A stretch of DNA of 64,000 bases from an uncultured Acidobacteriota bacterium. GTDB lineage: Bacteria > Acidobacteriota > UBA6911. Every line of letters begins with the position of its first letter. The stretch's first letter is position 1. A program made the translations under genes and the position numbers. Under the pieces are notes generated by a model. The model made no database searches. It was not told the origin of the DNA and saw only the letters and a list, made by a program, of their open reading frames with translations. This document shows positions 8,857 to 18,672 of this stretch, in pieces. The stretch is taken from assembly GCA_963843575.1 (NCBI GenBank), contig CAWJKZ010000026.1, positions 64,001-128,000 of the forward strand, written 5' to 3'.

Positions 8857-11800
8857 TCAGGGGATCGTGACTACCGGGATGGTGGCGAACACGTCTGCCA
8901 GGTAGTTGTCGTAGCGCAACGCCACACCGGCCACCGGGACACCGGACTCGACCTCGAGGGTGCCTTGGAACTCCGGAAAGGAATCGGGGAACCACTCGGT
9001 GAAGAACTTTGCGACGTGACCGAGCGGGGGCACGAGGATGCTGGCGGAAGCGACGATCTCCCCGGCGGCATTGCGCAGGCGCAGCGCCAGCCTCGTGGCG
9101 CCGGCCGCCGGATTACAGATGGCCAGGCCGGATTCCGTGTAGCCGAGACTCTCCACGTAACTCGTGAAGCGGGGCACTGCCGGGGACGCCGCCACCCCGG
9201 CCTGCGACACGATCCTGCCTCCCGAGACCACCTGAAAGATCGACGAACCTCCGATGGGTACGCCGGAGGTCACCCGGACCCAACCGGTCACGGCACTCGC
9301 CGAGGCGCCGCCTGTCGCGAACGTGAACACCCCGTCCCGGGGGATGGAGACCTCGTGCCTCGTCTTCAAGACGCCCCCGACGCTGATTCCCAGCGGTTCG
9401 CCGCTGTGCGAGAAGAACTCGATGCGCGCTTGCGCCGTGGACGCAGAGGGGTTCATCAGGATGAAGGTGGAACGGTAGCCGCCGCCGTCCGCGATCTGCG
9501 GGAAGTAGAGCTCGGTCGCGGCCTCGTCGGCCAGTACCGGGATGGTGGAAAAAGCGTCCTGCTCCGGGTTGTCGTAGCGCAGTGCCACGGCCCAAAGCGG
9601 CTGGTCGGCATCGAACTCGAGCGACCCTTCGAAGTCCTTCAGATCCGCGGCGAATCTCTGGAAAACGAATTCCGCAATGTGCTGCCTCGCCGCCAGGGTG
9701 AGGCTGCGCGGCGCCCCGAAGGCCGAGCCGTCCGAACGACGGAGTGTCAACCGCACGTTCGCGGGGATCGTCCCGGGGTTTGCGACGGCGTAGCCGGAGA
9801 ATGCGTCCCCGGTGTTGTCGACGTAGATGCGGAAGGATCGAGCCGCTTTCGACGCTCCGACCCCGGCCTCGCTCGAGACCCGATCTCCCGTGATTTTCCT
9901 GAACAGGACGCCCCCTCCGCCCGGGCTGGTCGTAAGCAGACGGGCGTAACCGGTCAGGGTGTTATCCCTCGAGCCGGACCGGAGCCGGGCGGAGCCGAGG
10001 CCAGGGAGCGGAAGGGTAATCGTAGTTCCCGGGCGGCTGAATGTGCTTGCGGAGATCGGCCCACCCGACGAGTCGGCAAGATGCACCTGGGCCGGCGACT
10101 CCGCAGCGGTGGGATTGATGGCTATGATGGAGGACTCGTAGGCGCCACCGATCGCGATCTGTGGGAACACGGCGGCGGAAGCGAGCAGCGATGCCGGAAG
10201 ATACTCGTACGCCCCGATGTCCGGCACGGGCGAGCCGTCCACGTCACCGTCGACGTTGCGAGGGATCCCGTCGCCGTCGCGGACGGGCGCATCCTCCGCC
10301 CGGGGGTCGGCCCGGTCTATCGCTGCCGACCCGGGCTGGAGATGGAAGTCGTCGCCAGCCGGATCGGAAAACCCGGGATTGCCCTGAATGTTGCCGTTTT
10401 GTGCGGCGAAGGTCCCGGTTTCGACGACCGAGTTTTTCACGACGACGGTTCCAGCTGTGCTGTCGACCGCCACATCTCCGCCGGCATTGCCGGAGAGGAT
10501 CGAGTTCGCGACCCGGGCGGACGCCCTGTCGTACACGCCCAGTCCAGCGCCGCCGTTGAGGGCGACGACGCAGTTCACCAGGTTCACCGTGCTGCCGGGA
10601 CCCGTTGCCCGGAGGCCGTACGCGCTTCCCGCGCCCCCGGTGCTGCGATACACGGAAGTGTTGATCAGCGTTGCGGTCCCGGAGGCGACGTGCACGACCG
10701 GCGACCCGCCGCGTATCCTGAGGCCCTCGACGCGCGCGGTCTCGGCCGCGAGCGAGAGGGCGGGCAAGTTGTCGGCAGCGGACCCGTCCAGGACCGGGCT
10801 TTGACCGGCAACGGCCCGGATGGTCAAGTTCTTGCCCGTGATGGACACTGTTTCCCGATAGGTCCCGCTGTCGCGGATCTCGATGGTGTCTCCCGAACGC
10901 GCTGCCGTCACCGCCTCGGCCACGCTGGAGTAACGCGCCCCTCCGGACTTGGCGACGGTGATGGGCTCACGGGCCGCGATCCGCACGTCGAACGATCCGA
11001 ACTTGGCGTAATTCCAGGTCGTGTGACGACGCGCGCGTAGGAAGTGCCTGCCGGAGGAAGGAGCCGTCCATTGAATGCGCGCGCCGGTCGCGGCGTTCGA
11101 CGCATCGGTCGACGCGAGCACCTCCGCGCCGTCGCCGGAGAGGACGTCGACGACCACTGCCCCGCCATTTGCGAGGTTGACAGTCTCGATCAGGTACTCG
11201 GTTCCCGCCGTGGTGTTGAATCCGACATAGTCGACGTCGGCTACGGGATAGAACGTGTGGTGCAGTTCCCCGGCCCCAAAGTTGTAGGTTCCGAGCGACG
11301 GATTCTGAGCGCGCCAGTCGGATGCCGAATCGGTGGCCGGCAGAGTTATCGGGCGCGCCAGAGTCTTGCCCGCCGGTGGGGAGGCGGGATTGACCCCAGG
11401 GAAATCGCGGCCATCCGGTGGGACGTCCTTGGACCGTCCCCAACGCACGAAATCCCTGGTCCTGCCCGTGCCGTCGACGAGGGCGCAGGAACCCTCCTCG
11501 TCGTTGGCCCAGGAGACATTTGTCTCGAAATACAGCGTCGTCGGCGAGTTGACTCCCGAAGTCTCCGAGAGCACGACAAAGGCCCCGGGCGCGAGCCTGA
11601 ACGACGGGATCTCGAACACGGCGGGGTCGTATCCCTTGGCCAATGCCCGCACCGTCCAACCCGAGAGGTCGGCTTCTTCGCTGCCGGCGTTGTAGAGCTC
11701 GACCGCATCCAGGCGGCCCAGGTCGATCTCGCTGATCAGGACCTTGACGCCGCTCTCGAGCGCCGGGATGTGTCCGACGCCGGCCAACGCCGCACCCGCC

Positions 11801-13017
11801 GCCGAGTTATCACTCTCCTGAGGGTCCGGGACGAATTCGATGCCGTTGACCGAGGCGAAGACCGTCTGCATTTCGGAAAGAAACCCGTTGCTCACGGCGG
11901 GGGCAAACCAGCCGTTCCAGAAATCCTCGATGCTCGGGCCCGGGGTGTTTACCGTGGGGAAATAGGTGGCCAGGTCGTTCCAGACTTCCCGGAACGGTCT
12001 TTCCAGTGGGTCGTCGTCCATCCCGGGGGTATCGTCCCGTGTGGCGGCCCCGTCGATCACGTCCCAAAGGGCGGCGGTCACGGCCACCTCGTTGGTGCTC
12101 CCTTTCTTACTAGCGATCGTCACGTTGCCGGTCAGGCTCTCGATTTCGTAGGAGAACGACAGGTTCTCGCCGTCGGTGCTCAGGTAGATATCGGGGCGCG
12201 GATAGCCCTTGAACCTGCGCATGCTCGACCCGAGAAACGTGGCGAGGCCCTCCCCCCACGACAACCGGATGTCCTGCTTGTCGTCACCGATGAAATGCTG
12301 CCCGCCGGGATTATCGGACCTGGAGTACAAATCGTCGAAAAAGTGACCGAGTTCGTGGCTGATGACCGTGTCGTCGTATGCGGCGCGAGCCCCCACGTAG
12401 ATGTGCTTCGGAGAGGAGCTCTCGTAGTAGGAGCCGGACCGGTTCTGGGTCTGGCGCCAGATCATGGTCAACTCGGTGGCAGGGCGGCTGCCTGCGGCCT
12501 CCGCCGACGCAAGAAACTCGATGCCGTCGACGATGACATCCCAGATATTGAACGCCTTGCCGGTATCGTTGCCCGACGAAGCCAGCGTTGTACCCAGTTG
12601 GACGATGCCGGTACCTGGGGAATCGAGCGGGTCCGAGGCGACGGAATAGTAATCGCCGAAACCGAAGTTGTCGTCGGCGACCCGTACGCTCAGCAGCAGC
12701 CCGGAACCAGCCGGCGCGCGGGCAATGCACACGGCCGACACAGGCTGTTTCACGGAACCAGGGACCGTGATCGCGTACTCCCCGCGCGCGTCCGTCGCTC
12801 CCGAGGCAAGCGGGACGCCGTTGGCCATGACCTGGACATCGGCAAAGCGGATGGGGCGGGCGGGGTTGTTGCCGGTGAAACCGTTGATGTCGAATTCCCG
12901 GTCCTCGTAGAGAAACTTGCCCGTGACGGTGTACTGGGCGAAACCCGGCGACGCCACGCAGGTCGAGACGAGGAAGAGGGCAACAGCCAGTTTCAGGGCG
13001 GCCGGACGCATCGTCAT
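8857..13017 (-). CDS. Large secreted multidomain protein: zincin metalloprotease (HExxH), PPC with lamin-tail insert, beta-helix/choice-of-anchor-Q-like region and two C-terminal repeats
   Basis: Signal peptide, 'VISHELGHFF...WGEGLATF', LTD 'VLISEI...VELYNAG...DLSGWTV', 'DFHLQPGSAAID...DIGAYEY', and duplicated 'FPQIA.GG.Y...SxAGV...ALRYDN...FxTIPV'. Confidence 0.8.
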   Translation of the reverse strand: MTMRPAALKLAVALFLVSTCVASPGFAQYTVTGKFLYEDREFDINGFTGNNPARPIRFADVQVMANGVPLASGATDARGEYAITVPGSVKQPVSAVCIARAPAGSGLLLSVRVADDNFGFGDYYSVASDPLDSPGTGIVQLGTTLASSGNDTGKAFNIWDVIVDGIEFLASAEAAGSRPATELTMIWRQTQNRSGSYYESSSPKHIYVGARAAYDDTVISHELGHFFDDLYSRSDNPGGQHFIGDDKQDIRLSWGEGLATFLGSSMRRFKGYPRPDIYLSTDGENLSFSYEIESLTGNVTIASKKGSTNEVAVTAALWDVIDGAATRDDTPGMDDDPLERPFREVWNDLATYFPTVNTPGPSIEDFWNGWFAPAVSNGFLSEMQTVFASVNGIEFVPDPQESDNSAAGAALAGVGHIPALESGVKVLISEIDLGRLDAVELYNAGSEEADLSGWTVRALAKGYDPAVFEIPSFRLAPGAFVVLSETSGVNSPTTLYFETNVSWANDEEGSCALVDGTGRTRDFVRWGRSKDVPPDGRDFPGVNPASPPAGKTLARPITLPATDSASDWRAQNPSLGTYNFGAGELHHTFYPVADVDYVGFNTTAGTEYLIETVNLANGGAVVVDVLSGDGAEVLASTDASNAATGARIQWTAPSSGRHFLRARRHTTWNYAKFGSFDVRIAAREPITVAKSGGARYSSVAEAVTAARSGDTIEIRDSGTYRETVSITGKNLTIRAVAGQSPVLDGSAADNLPALSLAAETARVEGLRIRGGSPVVHVASGTATLINTSVYRSTGGAGSAYGLRATGPGSTVNLVNCVVALNGGAGLGVYDRASARVANSILSGNAGGDVAVDSTAGTVVVKNSVVETGTFAAQNGNIQGNPGFSDPAGDDFHLQPGSAAIDRADPRAEDAPVRDGDGIPRNVDGDVDGSPVPDIGAYEYLPASLLASAAVFPQIAIGGAYESSIIAINPTAAESPAQVHLADSSGGPISASTFSRPGTTITLPLPGLGSARLRSGSRDNTLTGYARLLTTSPGGGGVLFRKITGDRVSSEAGVGASKAARSFRIYVDNTGDAFSGYAVANPGTIPANVRLTLRRSDGSAFGAPRSLTLAARQHIAEFVFQRFAADLKDFEGSLEFDADQPLWAVALRYDNPEQDAFSTIPVLADEAATELYFPQIADGGGYRSTFILMNPSASTAQARIEFFSHSGEPLGISVGGVLKTRHEVSIPRDGVFTFATGGASASAVTGWVRVTSGVPIGGSSIFQVVSGGRIVSQAGVAASPAVPRFTSYVESLGYTESGLAICNPAAGATRLALRLRNAAGEIVASASILVPPLGHVAKFFTEWFPDSFPEFQGTLEVESGVPVAGVALRYDNYLADVFATIPVVTIP
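8870..10175 (-). repeat. Intragenic tandem duplication (two units of about 220 aa) at the C-terminus of the secreted protease
   Basis: DNA 'ccgggatggtgg...gttgtcgtagcgca..gccac' occurs at about 8874-8925 and again at about 9537-9588. Both protein units start 'FPQIA.GG.Y' and end 'ALRYDN...F.TIPV'. Confidence 0.8.
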
Positions 13018-13019
13018 CG

Positions 13020-13562
13020 CTACCTCGCCGTCACGCCCCGGTAAACACGGATTCCTGCACCGTCCGGGAGCGTGACGCGGCCTATCATCCCCTGCGGGCG
13101 GTAATCCGGTCCGGCGTTGATCCACCGCACAGCCGTCTGCGCAACCGTTCGCCCGTTTCTGAGCTCCACGACCAACCTTGCCCTGATCTCGTAGGCTTCA
13201 CGATCGGGAATGGTGACCTCCAGCTGCGCGCGGCCCCTACCCTGCCGCAAAAGGACGTCGTGGTCCTGTGCCGCGGCGAGCGAGCGCCTCAGCGGTTCGG
13301 GTACCCGGTACTCGATGCGCGCAGAGCGGACCTGGTCCGGGTCCAGCCCGGACTGCACCTCAACCTGAAGCCGCAGGACACTGCCGGGTTTCGGCTCTGT
13401 CAGCGGCACCAGGTCTACGCGGAGCGGTATGAGCGAATCGCAGGTCGTGCGCGAGGGCACAGGGGGGTGCGGCTGGGCGGCAACCCACACTGCGGCCGCG
13501 GAAATGGCGACGACAATCGTCAACAGCGCCGCCTGTTTCGCGGTGCTAACGGGACCGGGCAT
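13020..13562 (-). CDS. Hypothetical exported protein, co-transcribed upstream partner of the metalloprotease
   Basis: N-terminal hydrophobic segment, beta-rich body, and a 2-bp gap to the downstream start. Confidence 0.7.
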   Translation of the reverse strand: MPGPVSTAKQAALLTIVVAISAAAVWVAAQPHPPVPSRTTCDSLIPLRVDLVPLTEPKPGSVLRLQVEVQSGLDPDQVRSARIEYRVPEPLRRSLAAAQDHDVLLRQGRGRAQLEVTIPDREAYEIRARLVVELRNGRTVAQTAVRWINAGPDYRPQGMIGRVTLPDGAGIRVYRGVTAR

Positions 13563-13650
13563 AGTAACTCCTAAGTCTGCCTGGTTTTAAAGAGGCTCGA
13601 CGTCGATGGGCGGCGAGGCGCCGGCAACAGTTCTGCGCCGCACTTTTTCT

Positions 13651-13679
13651 GTGGCATTTTCAGAACAAAAGCATATAAT
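13651..13679 (+). promoter_or_regulatory. Putative sigma70-type promoter of the ECF operon
   Basis: GTGGCA-N17-TATAAT in an AT-rich intergenic stretch. Confidence 0.4.
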
Positions 13680-13900
13680 GCACTTCCCCTGCTCGGAAAT
13701 CAAAGCATGGAGCAGGGTGGAGACTCGGTTAGTAGGACGCGGTAACCGCAGGATATCCGAACCGGTGCGCACAGCGCGCCTGTACCCGGAGCACCTCCCC
13801 CTTCCGGTCCTGCGGGGATTCTAAAGAAAACCGAAACGGTCGTCGTTGCGTCGCCAAGCGCTGCTCATGCGCCGGTAGGCATCCGGCGGTCAGGAACCCG

Positions 13901-14539
13901 ATGCATACACAAGTTCTGCTCGACGAAGCAAACGGCATGACGGGCGCCCAGGACCGGTCTGGCGGAGGTCTGGGCCTTTGCGCATCAGTGATGCCCGTGC
14001 CGGATTTCGAGGCACTGTTTTGCGAGTACCAGCCACTGGTATACAGGGTGGGGCTGAAGTTCCTGGGCAATCCCGAAGATGCCGAAGACGTGACCCAGGA
14101 AGTGTTCACCAAGGTCTGGAGGAGTCTGGAGGCCTTCAACTACAGCTCGTCTCTGAAGACCTGGATTTATCGCATCGCAGTCAACACCTGCATCGATCAC
14201 AGCCGCAAGCCTTGGAAAAAGCTCGGGCTCCGCTCCACGGGCCTGGACGAGACGCTGGAAGAGAGCGACGGCAAGGCGCTCGTCAGCAGCGACGAGTCCG
14301 CCGAGGGTAAGCTGATCGCCAAGGAGAAAGCGGCCCAGATAAGGAAAGCCATTACCCGTCTCAGGCCGCACTTGAAAGCGGTCCTGGTGTTGAAGGACCT
14401 CGAAGAACTGAGCTACGACGAGATCTCCTCGGTGCTCGGTCTGAGCATGGGAACTATCAGTTCCCGCCTGAACAGGGCCCGGAAGGCGCTGATGGGCCTG
14501 TTCGACCCGGCCGCCCAGCCGCTGCTTCAGGAGTTCTGA
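13901..14539 (+). CDS. ECF RNA polymerase sigma factor
   Basis: 'DAEDVTQEVFTKVW', 'KTWIYRIAVNTCID' and 'LSYDEISSVLGLSMGTISSRLNRARK'. Confidence 0.92.
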   Translation: MHTQVLLDEANGMTGAQDRSGGGLGLCASVMPVPDFEALFCEYQPLVYRVGLKFLGNPEDAEDVTQEVFTKVWRSLEAFNYSSSLKTWIYRIAVNTCIDHSRKPWKKLGLRSTGLDETLEESDGKALVSSDESAEGKLIAKEKAAQIRKAITRLRPHLKAVLVLKDLEELSYDEISSVLGLSMGTISSRLNRARKALMGLFDPAAQPLLQEF

Positions 14540-14543
14540 AGGC

Positions 14544-15347
14544 ATGTGGTGCCTACGGGCGCGCAGGTTGATCTCGGCATTCCACGACAAGGAGCTGGAT
14601 CCACCGACGGAGCGGAAGGTATCCGCCCACGTCGCGCGCTGCCCGTCCTGCAGTGGCGAACTGGAACGGGTAAAGATGGGAGCCGAGCTGGCCAGCGTCT
14701 ACGGGCCAGCGGGACTGAGTGCGGCACCGAGAGGTCAACCCCCGTCGCTCTCCGCCGATGCACCCGGGAAAGGTGTTCCTCTAGGGCTCTATTGCACCGC
14801 AGTCGGCGCGGCGCTCCTTCTGGGGGCGGGCATCGTGTATCGCGTCCCGCTTCACGACCTCTGCTGGCGTCTGTTTTCCGGCGGCGGCGATTGCAGGCTC
14901 GACCTCGGAACAGGGGGCGAGCGCAGGGATGCCCTCGACCTGTTCCGTGCCCGTTATTCGGCCCGGTTCCGGGAGTTTCCCTGTCACGGGGTACCGGATC
15001 CCGGGTGGGTGGCATTCGACTATAAGTTCCCGTCCCGGGTGCCGGGACAGATGACCCTGAAAAGTGTCTTGGTGTTCGACCCCGGCTGTTGCGGCGCCGT
15101 GGGCTTGGTCTATGCCGGTGAGCGGCGCAATCTCTGGCTGCTTCAGCAGCCGGCCGACCGTCCGATGACCCTTGCGGGCTTCAACATGGACCGTGGGCTT
15201 GTCTGCAGACACGGCGCAGCCCACGGCACCGTCGGCCGTTACGGTGTCGACACGTGGACCGCAGATGGCCTCCGTTATGTTCTGTTGAGCGACCTGCCGC
15301 ACCAGGAAATCGAGGCTGTGGTGGCCTCGCTGCGGTACGTCCGATGA
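14544..15347 (+). CDS. Zinc-finger (zf-HC2/ZAS) transmembrane anti-sigma factor
   Basis: 'C...LISAFHDKEL...HVARCPSC', one TM segment and a periplasmic domain; directly downstream of the sigma factor. Confidence 0.8.
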   Translation: MWCLRARRLISAFHDKELDPPTERKVSAHVARCPSCSGELERVKMGAELASVYGPAGLSAAPRGQPPSLSADAPGKGVPLGLYCTAVGAALLLGAGIVYRVPLHDLCWRLFSGGGDCRLDLGTGGERRDALDLFRARYSARFREFPCHGVPDPGWVAFDYKFPSRVPGQMTLKSVLVFDPGCCGAVGLVYAGERRNLWLLQQPADRPMTLAGFNMDRGLVCRHGAAHGTVGRYGVDTWTADGLRYVLLSDLPHQEIEAVVASLRYVR

Positions 15348-15357
15348 GGGGATCCTG

Positions 15358-15870
15358 ATGGCCACTTGCATTGGTAAGTGCGTTTTTCTGTTTGCGACGA
15401 CCGCCCTGCTGGCTTTGCCGGCGCCGGCCTCGTTGTCCCCTGCGGCTCAAGACCGCACGCTGCCCCGTTTCGAGATCAGGCTCGCCGACGGCAAGCTCAT
15501 GAGATCAAAGGATCTGAACGGGAAGATCGCGATTATCGATTTCTGGGGCACCTGGTGCAAGCCGTGCCTGGTCGAGATCCCTGAATACAACAGCCTGTTT
15601 CGCACCTACCGGGACAAGGGCGTAGTCCTGGTCGCGATCGCCGTGGAATCCGGTACCAACCGCGAGTTGGCGGCTGCGGCGAAGCGCCTGAAAATCGAGT
15701 ACCCGGTTGCCGCCACCGATGCGGCGGGACTGGACGCCTTCGGCCAGATTGCGATTTTCCCCACTACCTGGGTGATCGACCGCAAAGGGAAGCTGGTGAA
15801 GGAATTCGTCGGCGTTTCGGGCACAAAGCACAAGGACCTGCGCAGCACCCTCGACGCGCTCCTGAAATAG
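15358..15870 (+). CDS. TlpA/ResA-family thiol-disulfide oxidoreductase
   Basis: Signal peptide, 'IDFWGTWCKPC' and 'FPTTWVIDRKG'. Confidence 0.9.
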   Translation: MATCIGKCVFLFATTALLALPAPASLSPAAQDRTLPRFEIRLADGKLMRSKDLNGKIAIIDFWGTWCKPCLVEIPEYNSLFRTYRDKGVVLVAIAVESGTNRELAAAAKRLKIEYPVAATDAAGLDAFGQIAIFPTTWVIDRKGKLVKEFVGVSGTKHKDLRSTLDALLK

Positions 15871-15934
15871 ACCCGCGGTCAACGCGCGATTCCTGCAGTG
15901 GCCACGGCAACGCAGGCCGAATGCGCGCCCCCCC

Positions 15935-16627
15935 TCACTCCGGTCGTCTGCTCCAGTGGGAATCGCCTTTTTCGACGAGATCCTCCAAAGAGCGCTGCAG
16001 TTGTGCCTGGCACCTCTCGAGTTCGGGTTCGGAGGCGTCCTTCGGGACAAGAATCGGCGGAGCTGCGATGAAGAGGGCGCGAGTGAAGGGCTTTGGAATC
16101 TGGAAATGGTCCCAGCTCGAGAGCACCCACTTGTGCTCGGCGCTGACACAGAAAGGGCAGATCGGGCACCCCGTCCTGGCCGCCACCCAGACGGCTCCGG
16201 GTTTTGCGACGTAGCGCGGGCCCCGCGGGCCATCGATGGTGATGCCGACGTCGCTGCCGTCGCGCAGCGCCCGAATCATCTCCACCAGCGCCCCGCGGCC
16301 CCCGCGGCTGGATGAACCCCTCGCCGCCACGTATCCGAAACGGCGAATCACCCTGGCGATGTACTCCCCATCCTTGTTCTGGCTCGTCATGACGACGATG
16401 CCGCGATTGCGAAACAAGTACGTGGCGAGGAAGATGCGCCCGTGCCAGAAAGTGAGTATCACCCTCCTGGCCGATTCGTCACCGCCCGAAACGAGGTTTT
16501 CGCGGCCTTGAAACTCCCAGCGCAGGGTGCAGCCGATGGCCCGCATCACCCAGTAGGCGAGCGTGGACACCAACCGGAATTTGATCCTATTGGGCACGCT
16601 CAGAACCGTCGCCAAGGGGTCCCCCAA
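15935..16627 (-). CDS. DUF374 / lysophospholipid acyltransferase-family protein (start uncertain)
   Basis: 'FWHGRI', 'SQNKDGE', 'RGSSSRGG', 'DGPRGP' and 'SWDHFQIPKPF'. Confidence 0.85.
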   Translation of the reverse strand: MGDPLATVLSVPNRIKFRLVSTLAYWVMRAIGCTLRWEFQGRENLVSGGDESARRVILTFWHGRIFLATYLFRNRGIVVMTSQNKDGEYIARVIRRFGYVAARGSSSRGGRGALVEMIRALRDGSDVGITIDGPRGPRYVAKPGAVWVAARTGCPICPFCVSAEHKWVLSSWDHFQIPKPFTRALFIAAPPILVPKDASEPELERCQAQLQRSLEDLVEKGDSHWSRRPE

Positions 16628-16727
16628 GTCGGGTGATTCTGAGCGATTTGCCGCGCCAAGTCAACGGAGGTGACATATAGTGTGCTGGTGTTGAACGTGT
16701 GGCTGGCACTGTGTTTGGAGGGACGGG

Positions 16728-17207
16728 ATGGCCGAGTGGCAGTTGAAACCGATCGGGTGTATCCGGAGCCCATACCGCGAGACGGGGGACATCCCAAAGG
16801 GGCTCGGGGCGCAACACACCGCCGAGGGTGTCCTCGAGCTGCTCCCGGAGTACGAACCGGGTCTGCTCGACATCGAAGGGTTTTCGCACCTGTTTATTAT
16901 TTGGGTGTTCGATCGTTCGCAGGGTTATGAACTTGTCGGCGCTTCCCCGACCGACGGCAGGGTGCACGGGGTGTTCTCGACGCGCTCGCCGCGGCGGCCA
17001 AACCCGATCGGTCTTTCCGTGGTCGAACTGTTGGGGCGCGATGGCGCCGCGCTGCGACTGCGCGGGGTGGACATGCTCGACGGTACGCCGGTCATGGACA
17101 TCAAGCCATACACCTCCGGGGTTTCACCCGACAAACTGCGCCGCGGCTGGCTCGAGGAGGCGGAGAAGCGCGCCCAATCCGGTCCCGCTACAGCGCCACC
17201 TCGATGA
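16728..17207 (+). CDS. trmO: tRNA m6t6A37 methyltransferase TrmO (TsaA)
   Basis: 'GVFSTRSPRRPNPIGLS' and 'DMLDGTPVMDIKPY'. Confidence 0.9.
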   Translation: MAEWQLKPIGCIRSPYRETGDIPKGLGAQHTAEGVLELLPEYEPGLLDIEGFSHLFIIWVFDRSQGYELVGASPTDGRVHGVFSTRSPRRPNPIGLSVVELLGRDGAALRLRGVDMLDGTPVMDIKPYTSGVSPDKLRRGWLEEAEKRAQSGPATAPPR

Positions 17208-18381
17208 GGGGCTCGGGCGATACGGTCAGATTTTCGCAGCCGGCAGCCGTTATCAGATAGGTGTTCTCGATGCCCACTCCCCCCCGCTCCGGGAAGAAGA
17301 TCTTGGGCTCGAGCGCGATGACCATCCCCGGCTGCAGTTCGATCTCGAAGCCGGGGGCGAGCACCGGGAGTTCGTCCAGTTCGAGCCCAACCCCGTGGCC
17401 CAGGAAGCGCACCTGGCTGTCGCCGATCCCCATGAAGGCGGCCGCGTAGGGCGTTTCCCGGATGCAGTCCAGGGCATACCGGTAAAGAGCGTCGCACCGC
17501 GTGCCGGGCCGGAGTCTTTCTTCGATCTCTGCCATCAACTCCAGAACGACCGAATGTGCGTCCTCCATGTCGCCCGGCACCTGCCGGAGCGCGTAGGTCC
17601 GGGTCTGGTCGGCGATGTATCCCCCATGTCCGCCCGCCACATCGATCATAAGGGTTTCCCCGGGAGTCAGCGTGCGCCAGCCAGCGCCGGCGGGATTGGC
17701 GGGGCTGATCCCGACATAGCCGACCGGGCCGGGGAAGCACGTCGGGTACGCCGCGCTCGGGCCCGCCGACACCGTGCCAAAGGCAAGCTCGCCGTTGAAT
17801 GCACGCATCCTGGTAAACCCGGGGTGTCCCTGGCAGCGCAGCGACGATTCCACGGAGGCGGCGAGTTCGAGTTCGGTCATCCCGGCGCGCATCCTCGAGC
17901 CGGCCTCGGCCAGGGTCCGGCTCAAGACAAGCGCCGCGTGCCGTATCAGGTCGATTTCGGCCGGGGACTTGATCATCCGGATCCTCCGGATCGCATCGGC
18001 GCCGTCGACGAAGGCGATACCCGGGAAGAGCGCCTGCAGTCTCACAAAATGCCGGGCAGGCAGGACGTCCATCTCGAGAGCGACGCGTCGCAGCCGTCCC
18101 AGCCCCTCGCCCGCAAGGATGTCCGCGACCTTCTTCGGATCCCCCATTGGGACCAACCGGCCCCACGGAGACTCAATCTGCGCGCGTCGCAGGCTCTTTT
18201 GCACGAGGTACACGGGCTCTCCCGCCGCGGGTATGCACAGGAGTCCCGTCTGCACCGTTCCCGAGAAGTAGTACAGGTCGGCGTTCTGATAAATGAACGC
18301 CGCGTCGGTCTCCGTCTGCTGGAGCCATGCCTGCAGGCGGCTGACGCGCTGTTCGACCTCTGGTCTGGAGAGCAAGTCCAT
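17188..18381 (-). CDS. M24 family Xaa-Pro peptidase (creatinase N-terminal domain + pita-bread fold)
   Basis: 'RMIKSPAEI', 'DQTRT', 'GHGVGLELDE', 'ALEPK' and 'GIENT'. Confidence 0.9.
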   Translation of the reverse strand: MDLLSRPEVEQRVSRLQAWLQQTETDAAFIYQNADLYYFSGTVQTGLLCIPAAGEPVYLVQKSLRRAQIESPWGRLVPMGDPKKVADILAGEGLGRLRRVALEMDVLPARHFVRLQALFPGIAFVDGADAIRRIRMIKSPAEIDLIRHAALVLSRTLAEAGSRMRAGMTELELAASVESSLRCQGHPGFTRMRAFNGELAFGTVSAGPSAAYPTCFPGPVGYVGISPANPAGAGWRTLTPGETLMIDVAGGHGGYIADQTRTYALRQVPGDMEDAHSVVLELMAEIEERLRPGTRCDALYRYALDCIRETPYAAAFMGIGDSQVRFLGHGVGLELDELPVLAPGFEIELQPGMVIALEPKIFFPERGGVGIENTYLITAAGCENLTVSPEPLIEVAL

Positions 18382-18672
18382 GGGGTGCCTCGAGAAATGG
18401 CCGCCCGGCCTGATCGGGTCGGACCCGAAGTCCCGATAAAGTAACACATCCGGAGGGGCTCATCCATTCCATGCCCTCCGACGCCGCTGTTGAAAATGCA
18501 CACCCGATCGGCTAGCTTCACGATCAGCCGGTCGTGGGCAGGCACGCATCAGGGAGCGCGCGCGGCATGGCTGTACCCCCGGGACCCCAAAAATGATGTC
18601 AACCTGCCGAGCCCGTGCGGCGTAAAAACAACGCCGAGGTCTCGGCCAGGCCTCTCGCCGCGTGTGGATACG

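Noticed and set aside
8965-13044. Long antisense ORFs (691 aa and 666 aa) and similar shadow ORFs throughout the window
   Set aside because: They lie opposite well-supported genes, have no recognisable motifs, and are expected in high-GC DNA.
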